Sequence record: PV400809.1
Length of the DNA stretch: 64,000 nt
Strand: one strand, 5' to 3'
In this document: positions 18,191 to 28,553 of the stretch, piece after piece
Layout of the letters: every line of letters starts with the position of its first letter
Numbering within the stretch: the stretch's first letter is position 1
Translations under genes and position numbers: made by a program
The notes under the pieces: model-generated
The model's input: only the letters and a program-made list of their open reading frames with translations
The model's database searches: none
What the model was told of the DNA's origin: nothing

Positions 18191-19482
18191 AGCGGACCTC
18201 CAAATTTACGCGCGTACTTCAGCAGCATCAGCAGAATAGCCCCTTCGTACAGTTGTTCTACCGGTTCCTTATCAAAGTACCCTTCGCAATAGGCTAAGAG
18301 TTCTTTATGATCCGTGACTTTCGTGGTAAGGGTTCGGTACAGGAGGTTCTCAAAGGCGCCTTCGGGTTTCCCTTGGTAAAAGCCTTGACTAAAGAGGTAC
18401 GTAATGTCCTCTTGTTTCCCGGGAATAACAATGGGATACCCGTCCATATTGAAGTGAACCCGATACGCAATGAAGTCCTTAGGGTTGGTGGTCACGAACC
18501 ACCGGATCTTACTCGACGACAGGTTACCGTACAACCGGCTGTTCATTAAGCGGGTTACTTCCACCAAGGCGGCTTTGTTGTCGCACACCTTCAAGAGATT
18601 CAAATCCCCCCTCAACAACACTTCCCAAATGTTGTTCGTTCCCCACCGGCTGTACTCCAATCCCCCGTACTGAACCGAGAACTGGTTAATGGGTGGGTAG
18701 TTCTGTCGCATGTCCGGGGTAATGAACGCAGACAGGAAGTTCACCAGATAAGGGTCATACACCTTATCCTTCTCATTGGTCCCCTTCTTATCGAACACGA
18801 TGGTGCGTTCGGGGTTCCAGTAGAACCGTTTCAGGATATGACTGGCGATGGTTTGATTCCACTGGAAGAGTTTCTGTCCAACCTCCTCTTCCCCTTTAGT
18901 AATCAGGGAAGCCCCTCCATGGAGTACAGAATCTTTGGAATACACCCGGTGTTGGACCACCCGTCCTTGGAGAATGGTATCCGTCTCCTGGTCCAGGATA
19001 CCCCTCAATACCGCGGTAACGAAGTACACCTTATTTGCGGTGAAATTACGAATTTCCGGTTGTTCCGTACACGCAAAGAGCCCTGCTCGACCATCCCCAA
19101 TGTCCACAATAAACACATCATGGCGAATAGGGTTGGCATCGGTGGTAAACCAGAAGTTAAAGATCTTGGTGGATTCACCGGTCTGAGGATCAAAGTTAAA
19201 CGTCTCATCCCCATCGATCTTGAGGGGTAACCGGTCAATACGCACGTAACTCTGGTACGTATCGGTGTTTCCAGGGTAGAAGGGTTTTGGTTCTTCACCT
19301 GGATTCAGGAATTGACGGAAGTACTGACAGAGACGAGGACGTCCTTCAACTTCAGAGAGCAGGCTCTGTTCGGGTTGCCAAACGGAATCCACAATGGAAT
19401 GCCGATACGTCTCGCTGTAGATCCGGGGCGTTTCAGGTTCAATCGGAATATCCCTTCCGATAGGGTTAATATCCAGAGACAT
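18187..19482 (-). CDS. virion structural protein, probable neck/head-completion protein (phiKZ gp99-like, 431 aa)
   Basis: PIRHDVFIVDIGDGRAGLF motif; synteny. Confidence 0.65.
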   Translation of the reverse strand: MSLDINPIGRDIPIEPETPRIYSETYRHSIVDSVWQPEQSLLSEVEGRPRLCQYFRQFLNPGEEPKPFYPGNTDTYQSYVRIDRLPLKIDGDETFNFDPQTGESTKIFNFWFTTDANPIRHDVFIVDIGDGRAGLFACTEQPEIRNFTANKVYFVTAVLRGILDQETDTILQGRVVQHRVYSKDSVLHGGASLITKGEEEVGQKLFQWNQTIASHILKRFYWNPERTIVFDKKGTNEKDKVYDPYLVNFLSAFITPDMRQNYPPINQFSVQYGGLEYSRWGTNNIWEVLLRGDLNLLKVCDNKAALVEVTRLMNSRLYGNLSSSKIRWFVTTNPKDFIAYRVHFNMDGYPIVIPGKQEDITYLFSQGFYQGKPEGAFENLLYRTLTTKVTDHKELLAYCEGYFDKEPVEQLYEGAILLMLLKYARKFGGPL

Positions 19483-19497
19483 GGTTTCATTTCCTTC

Positions 19498-21006
19498 TTA
19501 ATCGTTCCGGTAGGCCCACAGGCCAAAGCCCATCTCATATCGGTTAAAGCGCTCGGTCCAACGACCCCATCCCTTATGGATGTGTTTCCGGAGGTAGTTG
19601 ATGTGTAAGTACCACGGTTCAGGTACTTCACTGAAATCGAACCAATCAAAGATCTGAGGCAAAATACCCCAGTCTTCAGGATGATCGATTAAATCGCTCC
19701 AGAATGCGTCAGAATAGTCTCTTATCGCATAGTCGAGGGTTACCACTACTCGATACGTTTTGTTTAAAACAGGCCTGCTGTGGAGCGTTATAGACCCCTT
19801 CTCATCCAGGGTCAGGTGTTCGGGGGCAATTAACTGGTCATTTTCAAAGACTTGAATCAGAAAAGGGGTTTCAAAATGCTGGAAGGCAACCGCATGACGA
19901 CGAAGTAAATACGCCTTAGCATTGTCGTACCAAACAAAGTCAGGAATATCAAATAGGTTACAAAGTACCTGAGTGGGTTCATCCTCGACTTTGAGTCGTG
20001 CTTGGATCACCGGTTGCATCCAATCGAAGTTAGGCCACGCCCAAGGATCGTGCTTAGGCAGCTTCAAATAGAAGGGGGTGTGTCTGAACCCTTCCGGGAA
20101 CATAATCTCCCGACCGGCTTCTACTTCAGGAGCGGCTTTAATGAACTCCGGTAATTCATGTTGAGGTTGGACTCTCGGAATATACTGACTGGGTATTTCA
20201 TCCTGATAAATGTTCAGGGGATACTCAAACTCCCACCCAATGAAATCATTGAAGAAGAAGCTGTACGTAAACTCCACTTCCCACCGACCATAAGTCGCGC
20301 TCTTATTCGTCTTCGCTACAAAGGGTTCGGAGAACTGAATACCAACTCGGTTCTGTTTAAGCGGGATAACTACCCGTTTGTGGTTACCCGCTACGTTACT
20401 GATCACACGCACCGGAAATTGCCACATCTCACCCAGCCATTCAGACGGGTCGGGTACCGACGGGTTGTTCTTCTTCAAGAGGTCGTAAATCACCTCCAGG
20501 AATTCCATAATAGGAGGATTAATGACCATATGAGTCGTTGGGGAGAAGGTGAAGTCAACGACTTGGTTCTCCTTGAGCCGGTTCATACGGTCTTTCATCT
20601 GACGAGCGGTGTTCTCCGAGTTGAACATCGACACGACTTTGACATCAATCCGTTTGTTCTCAAACGTAGGGCACAACAGGATACCCGGTTCCTTGTTGTA
20701 CAGTACGGGTCGTTCTACCATCTGACGACGGTTCGTCCAAGCTTCACTACGGTTCACCTCAGGAACAATAAAGATCTTGTTCCTGAAAATCCCATCTGTG
20801 TACCGATCTGCATGAGGGCCGTCACTCATATTGCTCCCTACGGTCTTCGCAATCTCATTCTCACCGTTGTAGTAAATGGCGGTGGCGGAGTCTAGCCCGT
20901 AGAAGTTCAATACAGCCTTAATGGAATCATAAATCGCAGGACGCAAATAAGCGTCGTAGTTTTCTTCGCATTCAACAAAAGTTTTAAGCATATTCACTGC
21001 CTGCAC
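19498..21006 (-). CDS. virion structural protein (phiKZ gp98-like, ~500 aa)
   Basis: long ORF; synteny; start may be GTG 21006 or ATG 20991. Confidence 0.7.
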   Translation of the reverse strand: MQAVNMLKTFVECEENYDAYLRPAIYDSIKAVLNFYGLDSATAIYYNGENEIAKTVGSNMSDGPHADRYTDGIFRNKIFIVPEVNRSEAWTNRRQMVERPVLYNKEPGILLCPTFENKRIDVKVVSMFNSENTARQMKDRMNRLKENQVVDFTFSPTTHMVINPPIMEFLEVIYDLLKKNNPSVPDPSEWLGEMWQFPVRVISNVAGNHKRVVIPLKQNRVGIQFSEPFVAKTNKSATYGRWEVEFTYSFFFNDFIGWEFEYPLNIYQDEIPSQYIPRVQPQHELPEFIKAAPEVEAGREIMFPEGFRHTPFYLKLPKHDPWAWPNFDWMQPVIQARLKVEDEPTQVLCNLFDIPDFVWYDNAKAYLLRRHAVAFQHFETPFLIQVFENDQLIAPEHLTLDEKGSITLHSRPVLNKTYRVVVTLDYAIRDYSDAFWSDLIDHPEDWGILPQIFDWFDFSEVPEPWYLHINYLRKHIHKGWGRWTERFNRYEMGFGLWAYRND

Positions 21007-21017
21007 GATGTGGTCTA

Positions 21018-21048
21018 GGAGGGAGAGGGGTTCCCCCCTTCTCCCTCC
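21018..21048 (-). terminator. bulged purine/pyrimidine hairpin
   Basis: GGAGGGAGA-GGGG / CCCC-t-TCTCCCTCC. Confidence 0.5.
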
Positions 21049-21065
21049 CCAGTACCAGACGTTGG

Positions 21066-21821
21066 TTATTCCGGGTCTACGTCACCGGGCGATGGTTGGG
21101 GATCTTCTTCCCCTTCGGAACGGTACCGAATAAACAGATGAGGACCCTCCTCAAGCTTAATGATCACCAAGCCTGAGAAACAATCCGATACGTTATCGAT
21201 CAGTTCTCCCCCTTTCAACCGATCCACCGTAACCGACTGGATCTTAACGGAGTTCAGGTAATCCACCACCTGCTGACAGAAAGTGTCAGACAACCGAGAC
21301 CGGTTCTCCGTAAAGAGGTTCCCATTCCCCTGGAAGATTTTAGAACTTAACGCCATCTGGAGACGAGGGGTATCCAAGTCGGTGGCTTTAAGAATCCCTG
21401 AAGGCCCTAAGCGGGCTTTATTGAGCAGTTTAAGGATCAGGCGCCCTTTCCACAGGATACTGGTCGGAGCGATCTCCAGGGTGACCATCTGGAAAGGAGA
21501 AGGTGCATTCTTGGGCAGGTCTACTTTCCCTTCTGGAACCGTATAGTCCACCCCTTCCACGAGGAAGAGTTTAAACGTGTTACTGAGCCGTTTAAACACC
21601 TGAGCCAACGGTTCTTGGTCAGCCACCGGGAGCTCAGGAATACTGACCCCCATGTAATCCCCAATATCCTTCTTTGGAATAGGGAGTATGGTTTCGTCGT
21701 TATTCAACTGAACCACCACATACCCGACGTCTTCATCTCCAGGTTGAGTACCCAGGATAACGCTGTCTTTGGGCAGCTGTGTTTGGATCTGTTCCAAGAC
21801 ACGTGGATGGAGTGTTTTCAT
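21066..21821 (-). CDS. probable virion structural protein (251 aa)
   Basis: ATGA-coupled; SILWKGRL motif resembles STIYKGNV in 23235-23720. Confidence 0.65.
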   Translation of the reverse strand: MKTLHPRVLEQIQTQLPKDSVILGTQPGDEDVGYVVVQLNNDETILPIPKKDIGDYMGVSIPELPVADQEPLAQVFKRLSNTFKLFLVEGVDYTVPEGKVDLPKNAPSPFQMVTLEIAPTSILWKGRLILKLLNKARLGPSGILKATDLDTPRLQMALSSKIFQGNGNLFTENRSRLSDTFCQQVVDYLNSVKIQSVTVDRLKGGELIDNVSDCFSGLVIIKLEEGPHLFIRYRSEGEEDPQPSPGDVDPE

Positions 21822-23227
21822 GTGTTCGTACCCCCAGTGTTCCCACCCTCTTTAATAAAGATGTGGGGTGTAATACCTTTAATGGCTTTACGAAGACCTT
21901 TAACCAACTTATCGTGCTCACCAATCTTCTTCTTGGCCTCCGCAACGGCTTCTTTAGCAGCTTTAACCGTTTCCTGTACTGCTGCCTTAGCCGCACTAAC
22001 CGCTTCTTTGTCTTCATCATTCCCACTGGTCTGCTGAGAGGCTTTCCTCAATTCAGCCAGGGTGGTATCAACCGCTTTCTTATCAGCCCGGAGTTTCTCA
22101 CCGTTGACTTCTTCTTTCTTAAGAAGACCCAACAGTCCATCGATTACACCCCCTACGTCCGTGGGTGTCCGAAGCCGATTCACAACCTGAGACATTGCCC
22201 CAGAGACATCCACCTTCTCCGCTAGGGTCTTAATCCCCTCACGTGCCTTGTCGTTGATGCTGACATTCTTGGTGGGCATGGATTGGACCGCTTTCTTATT
22301 GTCCTCCCCAGTCTTTGCTACGGCATCGTTGTCGGCTTTCTCTTTCTCAGACGACTCGTACCAAGCTTTCAGTTGTTCCCAGCCACTCAAAGCCGCTTGG
22401 TAGGCGTTCCGAGCAACCGCTTTAATGGAGTCAAAGACTTGACCCTCACTCCCTTCAATGGAACGGAGTTTAACCCCGTTCATTTCAGCAACAGTCATGA
22501 AATAATCACGGTCGGTGCTTTGAATACCATCCAGGTAATCTTCCAGACCCTGGAGAACATGCAATGGGTGGTCGAGCACACACCCGCATTCACAGGTATC
22601 ACCTCCCGCACACTCCAACCCAGGAACCCCCCAATGATTGACCTCAATCGGATGGAGGTAGGTGTAGTCCATCGGCGCATACTCTTCCAAGCCCGCCAAC
22701 AGCCCCTGACGAGAGGTTACGAAGATGTCCACCAAACTCAGAATCTTGTCAATGTATTCCAGTTTACGCGCGGTAGCGGAATACACTTCAGCTGGGGTGA
22801 GCTTCAGACTATCCTCATCCTGTTCCAGCAGGTAATTGACCAACCCTTTACCCTTGCTGATCAGTGCACCTACTCCTTCCGCCTCCGTAAATGCACCACC
22901 CTTATTCCCCAACGAACAAATCAGCATGGAAATGTCCCGAGGGAATTGATAGATTCCGTTCTCAATACTACTCAGGGTTTCCTTCAGGTAACGGTCCAGG
23001 ACAGCATTCACTTTCAACTCACTGGCGTCGTAATAGTCAAACTCACGACTGATAATATTCAGTGTGTTGACAATCTGACCCATGATGTGTTCTTCAGTTA
23101 ATTGACTAATCCCATGTTTCTCCAGGTAGCTAATCAATTCAGGGGTCTTCTCCTCGGAGAGAACGTCCTTACCCACTTCCCCCAGGATCATCCCCAGCAA
23201 ACCTAAACGATAGGCTGCGTTCATCAT
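21818..23227 (-). CDS. internal head protein paralog (469 aa)
   Basis: repeated GxE sites (GLE three times, GSE) then amphipathic helix and Lys/Ala-rich C-terminus; AAGGGG SD before ATG 23227. Confidence 0.7.
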   Translation of the reverse strand: MMNAAYRLGLLGMILGEVGKDVLSEEKTPELISYLEKHGISQLTEEHIMGQIVNTLNIISREFDYYDASELKVNAVLDRYLKETLSSIENGIYQFPRDISMLICSLGNKGGAFTEAEGVGALISKGKGLVNYLLEQDEDSLKLTPAEVYSATARKLEYIDKILSLVDIFVTSRQGLLAGLEEYAPMDYTYLHPIEVNHWGVPGLECAGGDTCECGCVLDHPLHVLQGLEDYLDGIQSTDRDYFMTVAEMNGVKLRSIEGSEGQVFDSIKAVARNAYQAALSGWEQLKAWYESSEKEKADNDAVAKTGEDNKKAVQSMPTKNVSINDKAREGIKTLAEKVDVSGAMSQVVNRLRTPTDVGGVIDGLLGLLKKEEVNGEKLRADKKAVDTTLAELRKASQQTSGNDEDKEAVSAAKAAVQETVKAAKEAVAEAKKKIGEHDKLVKGLRKAIKGITPHIFIKEGGNTGGTNT

Positions 23228-23234
23228 CGTCCCC

Positions 23235-23720
23235 TTACTTAACCTTAACGGTGACATTACCCTTGTAAATCGTCGAGTAACGTGCGTCAATTATGAGAGT
23301 GTCGTTAACCAGGCCCAAGTCGACTTCGTGACGGTAGAGACCGGGTAACCCTACAAAACTCCGCCAGAGTTCAAAGTACGTGGTATGAGGATCATCCTCC
23401 TTGAGGACGAGGGGGGTGCTGGGTTGAACAATCGGTTCCTGTTCCTCTGGGATCACCCCCAGCTTTTCCTGGAGAAGACTCACAACGATCTCAGGCGTTT
23501 CCTTATAAGTCACCTGGCTAATGTCCTGGGGAATCCCCTTTAGGAACTCTCCGAGATCCAAGCGTTCAATCAGGACACCCTGACGCAGTTCTCCATGGGG
23601 GATGTATTTGAACACCGCATCGTTAACCCTCGTAGTAATCCCAAACCGAGGGTTAATGTCAGTGTAACCACCCAATGCGGCTTTCACCACAACAGATTGA
23701 TTCAATAAGCTAAGCTGCAT
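23235..23720 (-). CDS. probable virion structural protein (161 aa)
   Basis: ATG start inside the head operon; RLDLGEFL and STIYKG motifs. Confidence 0.65.
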   Translation of the reverse strand: MQLSLLNQSVVVKAALGGYTDINPRFGITTRVNDAVFKYIPHGELRQGVLIERLDLGEFLKGIPQDISQVTYKETPEIVVSLLQEKLGVIPEEQEPIVQPSTPLVLKEDDPHTTYFELWRSFVGLPGLYRHEVDLGLVNDTLIIDARYSTIYKGNVTVKVK

Positions 23721-23725
23721 AGCCT

Positions 23726-24772
23726 TTAGCTCCTTCTCTTCACAGCGGCTTCCAACACCGCGTAAACAGCGTTAGCACTCCGGTACACTTCCGTCTCCAT
23801 GACTTTAAGACTCGCCATGGCATTACGAATCACGGCTTTCATTTCCTTGATGACAACCTGAGCTTCAGGAGACGCCTCTTTAACGTTCAGACTTGCCATT
23901 AACGCCGTTACAAAGTCATTCTCCAACGAATGGACCTTAGTGTTCATGTCCTTGAGGGATTCTGTTAGACGATTGTGCTTGACCAGGAGTTCACGTACCT
24001 GGGAGACATTGGTCTTAAAGGTCGCGTTCTTCACTCGATCATTCGACAAGACACCCAGTTCCCGCGTCAGGTTAATCGTCACGTCCACGGTGTTCTTACC
24101 CACGACCAGGTCATCTTTAAACACCAGTGTGGCTTCCTGGTTCGCATTCACCCCTAACAGACCCTTAACCTCTTGGTAGAAGGCATTCCCCTTGGTACTG
24201 AATTCCGTGTATTTCGAATGGTCAATCAGACGACCCAATTCCTTACAGAAGTTCCCTACACTCGAACTGTACCGTTCAATCGTCTTAATCCCACGCTCAA
24301 TATCCCCGATGACGGTACCTACCCACCCCACATTCGACGGTAACCTGCCCGTTTTAGGGAAGATATAAAAGGCGGCTTTGGGATACGGAATGTCATCCTC
24401 CCGTACACCGTTGGCTTTAAGAGCGACCTCCAGTTCATCTCCTTTGTCTTTCAGGGCTTTCCCTTTGGTCCCAAAGAAACTCCAGATCCACTTAAAGAAA
24501 TCCTTAACCACTTGAATGAGTTTACCGATACCGTGTTTAACGGAATCAATAAACCCCTCAGTACCGGTCGAAGCAGTCAACCGATTCTGATGTCGGTGGA
24601 GAACGTAGTTGTAGACACTTTCTAATCCACTGATCTTGTCGTTCTCTCTGGAGAGTGCAACCATAGTCGTTTCGTCGTTGACTAGATCATAACCCTCCCT
24701 ATCCTCCTCATACTCTTCATACACCGTCGGTGAATTCACGTATCGGAGGGGTGCTACAGGATGCGTATTCAT
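23726..24772 (-). CDS. phiKZ-like internal head protein paralog (348 aa)
   Basis: SGLE and TGTE-GFIDSVKHGIGKLIQVVKDFFKWIWSFF signature. Confidence 0.8.
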   Translation of the reverse strand: MNTHPVAPLRYVNSPTVYEEYEEDREGYDLVNDETTMVALSRENDKISGLESVYNYVLHRHQNRLTASTGTEGFIDSVKHGIGKLIQVVKDFFKWIWSFFGTKGKALKDKGDELEVALKANGVREDDIPYPKAAFYIFPKTGRLPSNVGWVGTVIGDIERGIKTIERYSSSVGNFCKELGRLIDHSKYTEFSTKGNAFYQEVKGLLGVNANQEATLVFKDDLVVGKNTVDVTINLTRELGVLSNDRVKNATFKTNVSQVRELLVKHNRLTESLKDMNTKVHSLENDFVTALMASLNVKEASPEAQVVIKEMKAVIRNAMASLKVMETEVYRSANAVYAVLEAAVKRRS

Positions 24773-24836
24773 CGTTAACAACCTAATAGTCAAGTTGAGT
24801 ACATAGCATCGAAATTACAGTATTGCGACATAAAGG

Positions 24837-24868
24837 CTACAGGTAGGGGGATATCCCCCTACCTGTAG
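24837..24868. repeat. perfect 32-bp palindrome / terminator
   Basis: CTACAGGTAGGGGGAT|ATCCCCCTACCTGTAG. Confidence 0.85.
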
Positions 24869-24899
24869 TACCTCTAGGAATAGATCCTAACACTCGACC

Positions 24900-26156
24900 T
24901 TACAGGTGAGCCGCAACCAGATCCAGCGATTGCTTGGCTTGGTAAGCCAGCAGACGGTTGACCGACTGGGTCAGGCTCGCACCGGTGCTGTACAGCGCGC
25001 GCACCAGTTTGATCGCCTTGTCAGCATCACCCTTGGCGTCTTTGTCACCACCTTTGGCGTTCAGGGTGCCGACGACACGGTCACGTTCAGCCTTGGAGAA
25101 CTTCTGGCTGATCTTGCTGTCTTTCAGAACGAATACAGTAGCGCTCACAGTTTTCAGCAGGCTTTCCAGTTGTGCTTTGGTTGCCTTGACAGCCACTTCA
25201 CCTTTGGCGAACTCGGCAGCGTCCTTGTTCTTGCCGAAGGACAGCTTGACGGAACGCGCGGCAGCCAGGACTTCTTCATCGGTATCGACCTTCTCTTCGT
25301 AGGTCAGGTAGATACCGAAGCCGGCACGTGCAGCCAGGACTTGACGCTTGTCACCGGAACCTTTCTCAGTGGCATTGCCACCGGTTTCTTTCACAACGGC
25401 TTTGACGTCAGCGACCAGGCTGTTGTACGCAGTCTTGAACTGGGAGGCGTTGACACCGTCGAGGTTCTTGCCGATGTCGATGAAGGCCGGCAGGGATTCG
25501 CTCAGGACTTTGGTAAACGGACCTTTGTCCAGGATGTCCGCGCCGTTCTTGGCATAGTCGACACCGATGTTCCATTTGCCCAGCTTGACTTTCTCTTTCA
25601 GCTTGTCGGCTTTACCGAGTTTGTCGGCGAGCTGAGCACGACGACGGTCGATACCGGCAGCGGTGCTGAACAGACCCACGAAGAAGTTGATGACGGTGTT
25701 GAAGATCGCCTTGATGAACTCGGCGGCTTTCTTACCGGCATTCTTCACGGTGTCCATGAAGGCTTCAACGCCGGTCACCGAAGCGATCTTGGCGGTGGCA
25801 GCGTCGGAGATGGATTCCGCACCCAGGCGTTCGAAGGATTGGCCGCCCAGCTTGGCGTTCAGACGCAGGGCCTTGTTGTAGCTGTGAGCGAAACCAACGG
25901 AGCTGAACTGACCCGAGCTCAGCATGCTTTCCAGGCCTTCGACTTCTTCAGCCAGTTCTTCGACGACTTCTTCGTGCTCTTCCAGGTCATCACGCAGTTC
26001 TTCGACTTCAGCCGCGACCTGTTCTACCTCTGCCACAACCTCGGCGATGTCAGCACGCACTTCTTCGACAGCGGCTTCGGTCACACCATCTTCGAGGTTG
26101 TCCGCGCCGTTCTCCAGAAGCTCTTCCATGCCAGTGTAGCGATCGAGAATACTCAT
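24900..26156 (-). CDS. abundant internal head protein (phiKZ gp93-97 family, 418 aa)
   Basis: acidic propeptide with GLE/GAE/GVE sites, then AFMDTVKNAGKKAAEFIKAIFNTVINFF; strong codon bias; start ATG 26156. Confidence 0.85.
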   Translation of the reverse strand: MSILDRYTGMEELLENGADNLEDGVTEAAVEEVRADIAEVVAEVEQVAAEVEELRDDLEEHEEVVEELAEEVEGLESMLSSGQFSSVGFAHSYNKALRLNAKLGGQSFERLGAESISDAATAKIASVTGVEAFMDTVKNAGKKAAEFIKAIFNTVINFFVGLFSTAAGIDRRRAQLADKLGKADKLKEKVKLGKWNIGVDYAKNGADILDKGPFTKVLSESLPAFIDIGKNLDGVNASQFKTAYNSLVADVKAVVKETGGNATEKGSGDKRQVLAARAGFGIYLTYEEKVDTDEEVLAAARSVKLSFGKNKDAAEFAKGEVAVKATKAQLESLLKTVSATVFVLKDSKISQKFSKAERDRVVGTLNAKGGDKDAKGDADKAIKLVRALYSTGASLTQSVNRLLAYQAKQSLDLVAAHL

Positions 26157-26208
26157 GAGTTGTTTCCTTTGTTTCGTTAACGAAATGAAATGATTGTTTA
26201 TAAACAAA

Positions 26209-27222
26209 TCAAGCGAATACCCCAAGTACACCATGAATGTACTTATCGGTATAACCGACCACACGAGGAGTGAATCCGCTATAAAATGCGAGCGCTCCCA
26301 TGTTTCCAGCCATCAGCTTCTCAGCTTCGCCTATTACCGTCTTACTCACTTGATCCAATTGACTCAAGTTACCATCAACACCTTTGACCATTTCTGCCCA
26401 AGATTTGATGAATCCGAGATAACTCTCATACGATGCCTTAACCCGCAAGTGCAACGCATTGACCTTCCCGAGTTTATTCAGGATGTCAGTGACCTCGGTT
26501 TTAGACAGGTTCAGGGTCACCCCTTCCCCTTCATGCGGTTCACCCCCAATGGAATACACCGCAGGTTTATCGTCTTCTTCCTGTTTGAAGAGGAAGAAAC
26601 GACCACCCGGTAGCACCTCAGACTTATACGCCTTATCCAACCGGTCAGCGAACTTCATAACGGGATATTCCAACCCGTTGAACGCATCAATGACCTTGTG
26701 AATGTCTTCGGACTTCTTAGCCGATTTCAACTGCTTCAAGGTCACCAATTCACGGTCCAAGAACCCCATCAGGTCTTTGGCGTGTTGTTCAACGACTTCG
26801 AGGTCCTTAACCAGAAGATCCATGTCGTGGAGAATACGGTCAGGGTTACCCGTCGCAGTAATCAGTCCAATCTTCTTGCCAGTAACCTGAATATCTTTGT
26901 CAGCCACCTTACCAGCGTCTTTAAGGACATTTTTAATAAGTCCTTGATTGTCATTGAAACTCTTATTCAGTTGATTACCTGCGGTCGTCATACCACGAAT
27001 AAAGCCATCAATCGCTTTACCCCCGACCCATTTACTCACACTGAACAAACCCCGACCCACCGAAGACAAGCTGTCCATGGCGGCTTCTTTCAACGCCTCA
27101 CTGCCCTCGACATCATCCATTCCCATGATACTGCCCAACTCAAGGAGTTCTGAGTGAGCCTGCATCAGGTCCTGGTGTTGTTCGAGGGCATCAACGTATT
27201 GGCTTTTATAACCCGCGCTCAT
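26209..27222 (-). CDS. internal head protein paralog (337 aa)
   Basis: VEGSE site; YKSEVLPGGRFF motif; GAGGGT SD before ATG 27222. Confidence 0.75.
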   Translation of the reverse strand: MSAGYKSQYVDALEQHQDLMQAHSELLELGSIMGMDDVEGSEALKEAAMDSLSSVGRGLFSVSKWVGGKAIDGFIRGMTTAGNQLNKSFNDNQGLIKNVLKDAGKVADKDIQVTGKKIGLITATGNPDRILHDMDLLVKDLEVVEQHAKDLMGFLDRELVTLKQLKSAKKSEDIHKVIDAFNGLEYPVMKFADRLDKAYKSEVLPGGRFFLFKQEEDDKPAVYSIGGEPHEGEGVTLNLSKTEVTDILNKLGKVNALHLRVKASYESYLGFIKSWAEMVKGVDGNLSQLDQVSKTVIGEAEKLMAGNMGALAFYSGFTPRVVGYTDKYIHGVLGVFA

Positions 27223-27235
27223 ACCCTCACCCCGC

Positions 27236-28531
27236 TTAGTCCAGGCTTTCTTCGTAAAGCCCAATGGAATCGTTACAGATAGACACCATCCCGTTGACAA
27301 TCAGAGTGAGGTAGTTCGAGACCTCAGCGCGAATACCCAAGAGCTCGGTTTGGTTCTTACGAACGACTTTAGCGAACGTCTTCGACAACACCGTCTTCGC
27401 CTCATCACTGATATCGGCTTCCAGGAAACCTTTAATGATGTCGTTGTAATCCGAATCCGTTACGCGGTAGGTCTCCGCCATCTCAAAGACCTTACCCCAG
27501 TCTTTCAAGAGCTGGCGCAGGAGTTTGATGACGGTCTTAATGTCTTCACTCGACAACGCCTTCACTTCAGCCCCAACATCCCGAAGGGTATACTCTTCGT
27601 TGTTATCGAAACCGGTGTGATCAATTTCAGTGTAACGGATCACAAAGTCTTGAATGTCGTCAGGGTTCTTCAGGATCACCGGTTTAACGGTACTGCGAAC
27701 ATCGTAGAAGTATGCACCGCCCATCAGCTCGACCGACCGTTTAGCCACCACGTTAGGTCCCGAACGGCGTTTATCCGGATAAGTACATTCCTTAAACGGC
27801 GTTGATGGCAGACTCACCGGCATCATGCAGAGGCGTTCATCCACTTCCACTTGGGTCAGACCTGAGAACCCACCGAAGTAACTGAACGATGCCGCCAACG
27901 CATTCTTGCTGTTGAGGTAGTAGTTATTACTCAGACCCGACAGGGTTTGATTGAGCTTGGTCAGGTTACCCACCCAGTTCTCATCCACTTTACCGTTGAT
28001 CTTAAACCGGTTAAAGAGACGGTGACCCAGGATAAAGGTACCTTGACTCCCAAACTTCTCAACAGAGGACAACCGGGTTTCCAGCAGGTCAATCTGCTTA
28101 CTCAGACTCTCCTGGGATTCCATAAAGAGAACGTACGAATCCCGGAAGAAGGTCCCAATCAAACTGACTACTTCCCGGGAGCTCTTAAAGAAGTCGCTCA
28201 GGAAGCTCTCACAGCCCGCTAGACGCGTTGCAAGGTACGCCTTAGGGAGAAGGGTAAGCCCCAAGGCTTCCGCCCCTTCTACGGCCTCTGGGAGGGCTTC
28301 TGCGGCAATCAGGTCTTTATCGAGCTGTTCAGCCAGCTCCGGCGTCACCTCGTGGGCTTCCAGGGTGTTCAACGTGCGTTGGACTTCAATCACGCGATCG
28401 AACAGATCATCGAGGCTGTTCTGGTACTCCGACAGTTCCGCCGTGGAACGGGCGGCTTCCACGATCTCCTGGGATTTGACTGCACTGACCGCAGCCATTT
28501 CAGCAGCCAACGTCTTTTCATCATCATTCAT
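27236..28531 (-). CDS. internal head protein paralog (431 aa)
   Basis: acidic propeptide, GAE and GCE sites, SVELMGGAYF motif; GGAG SD. Confidence 0.75.
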   Translation of the reverse strand: MNDDEKTLAAEMAAVSAVKSQEIVEAARSTAELSEYQNSLDDLFDRVIEVQRTLNTLEAHEVTPELAEQLDKDLIAAEALPEAVEGAEALGLTLLPKAYLATRLAGCESFLSDFFKSSREVVSLIGTFFRDSYVLFMESQESLSKQIDLLETRLSSVEKFGSQGTFILGHRLFNRFKINGKVDENWVGNLTKLNQTLSGLSNNYYLNSKNALAASFSYFGGFSGLTQVEVDERLCMMPVSLPSTPFKECTYPDKRRSGPNVVAKRSVELMGGAYFYDVRSTVKPVILKNPDDIQDFVIRYTEIDHTGFDNNEEYTLRDVGAEVKALSSEDIKTVIKLLRQLLKDWGKVFEMAETYRVTDSDYNDIIKGFLEADISDEAKTVLSKTFAKVVRKNQTELLGIRAEVSNYLTLIVNGMVSICNDSIGLYEESLD

Positions 28532-28553
28532 TGCACTCTTCTCCACCTAAGGG

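Noticed and set aside
24906-26180. 424-aa plus-strand ORF antisense to the head protein
   Set aside because: Same codon-bias shadow effect.
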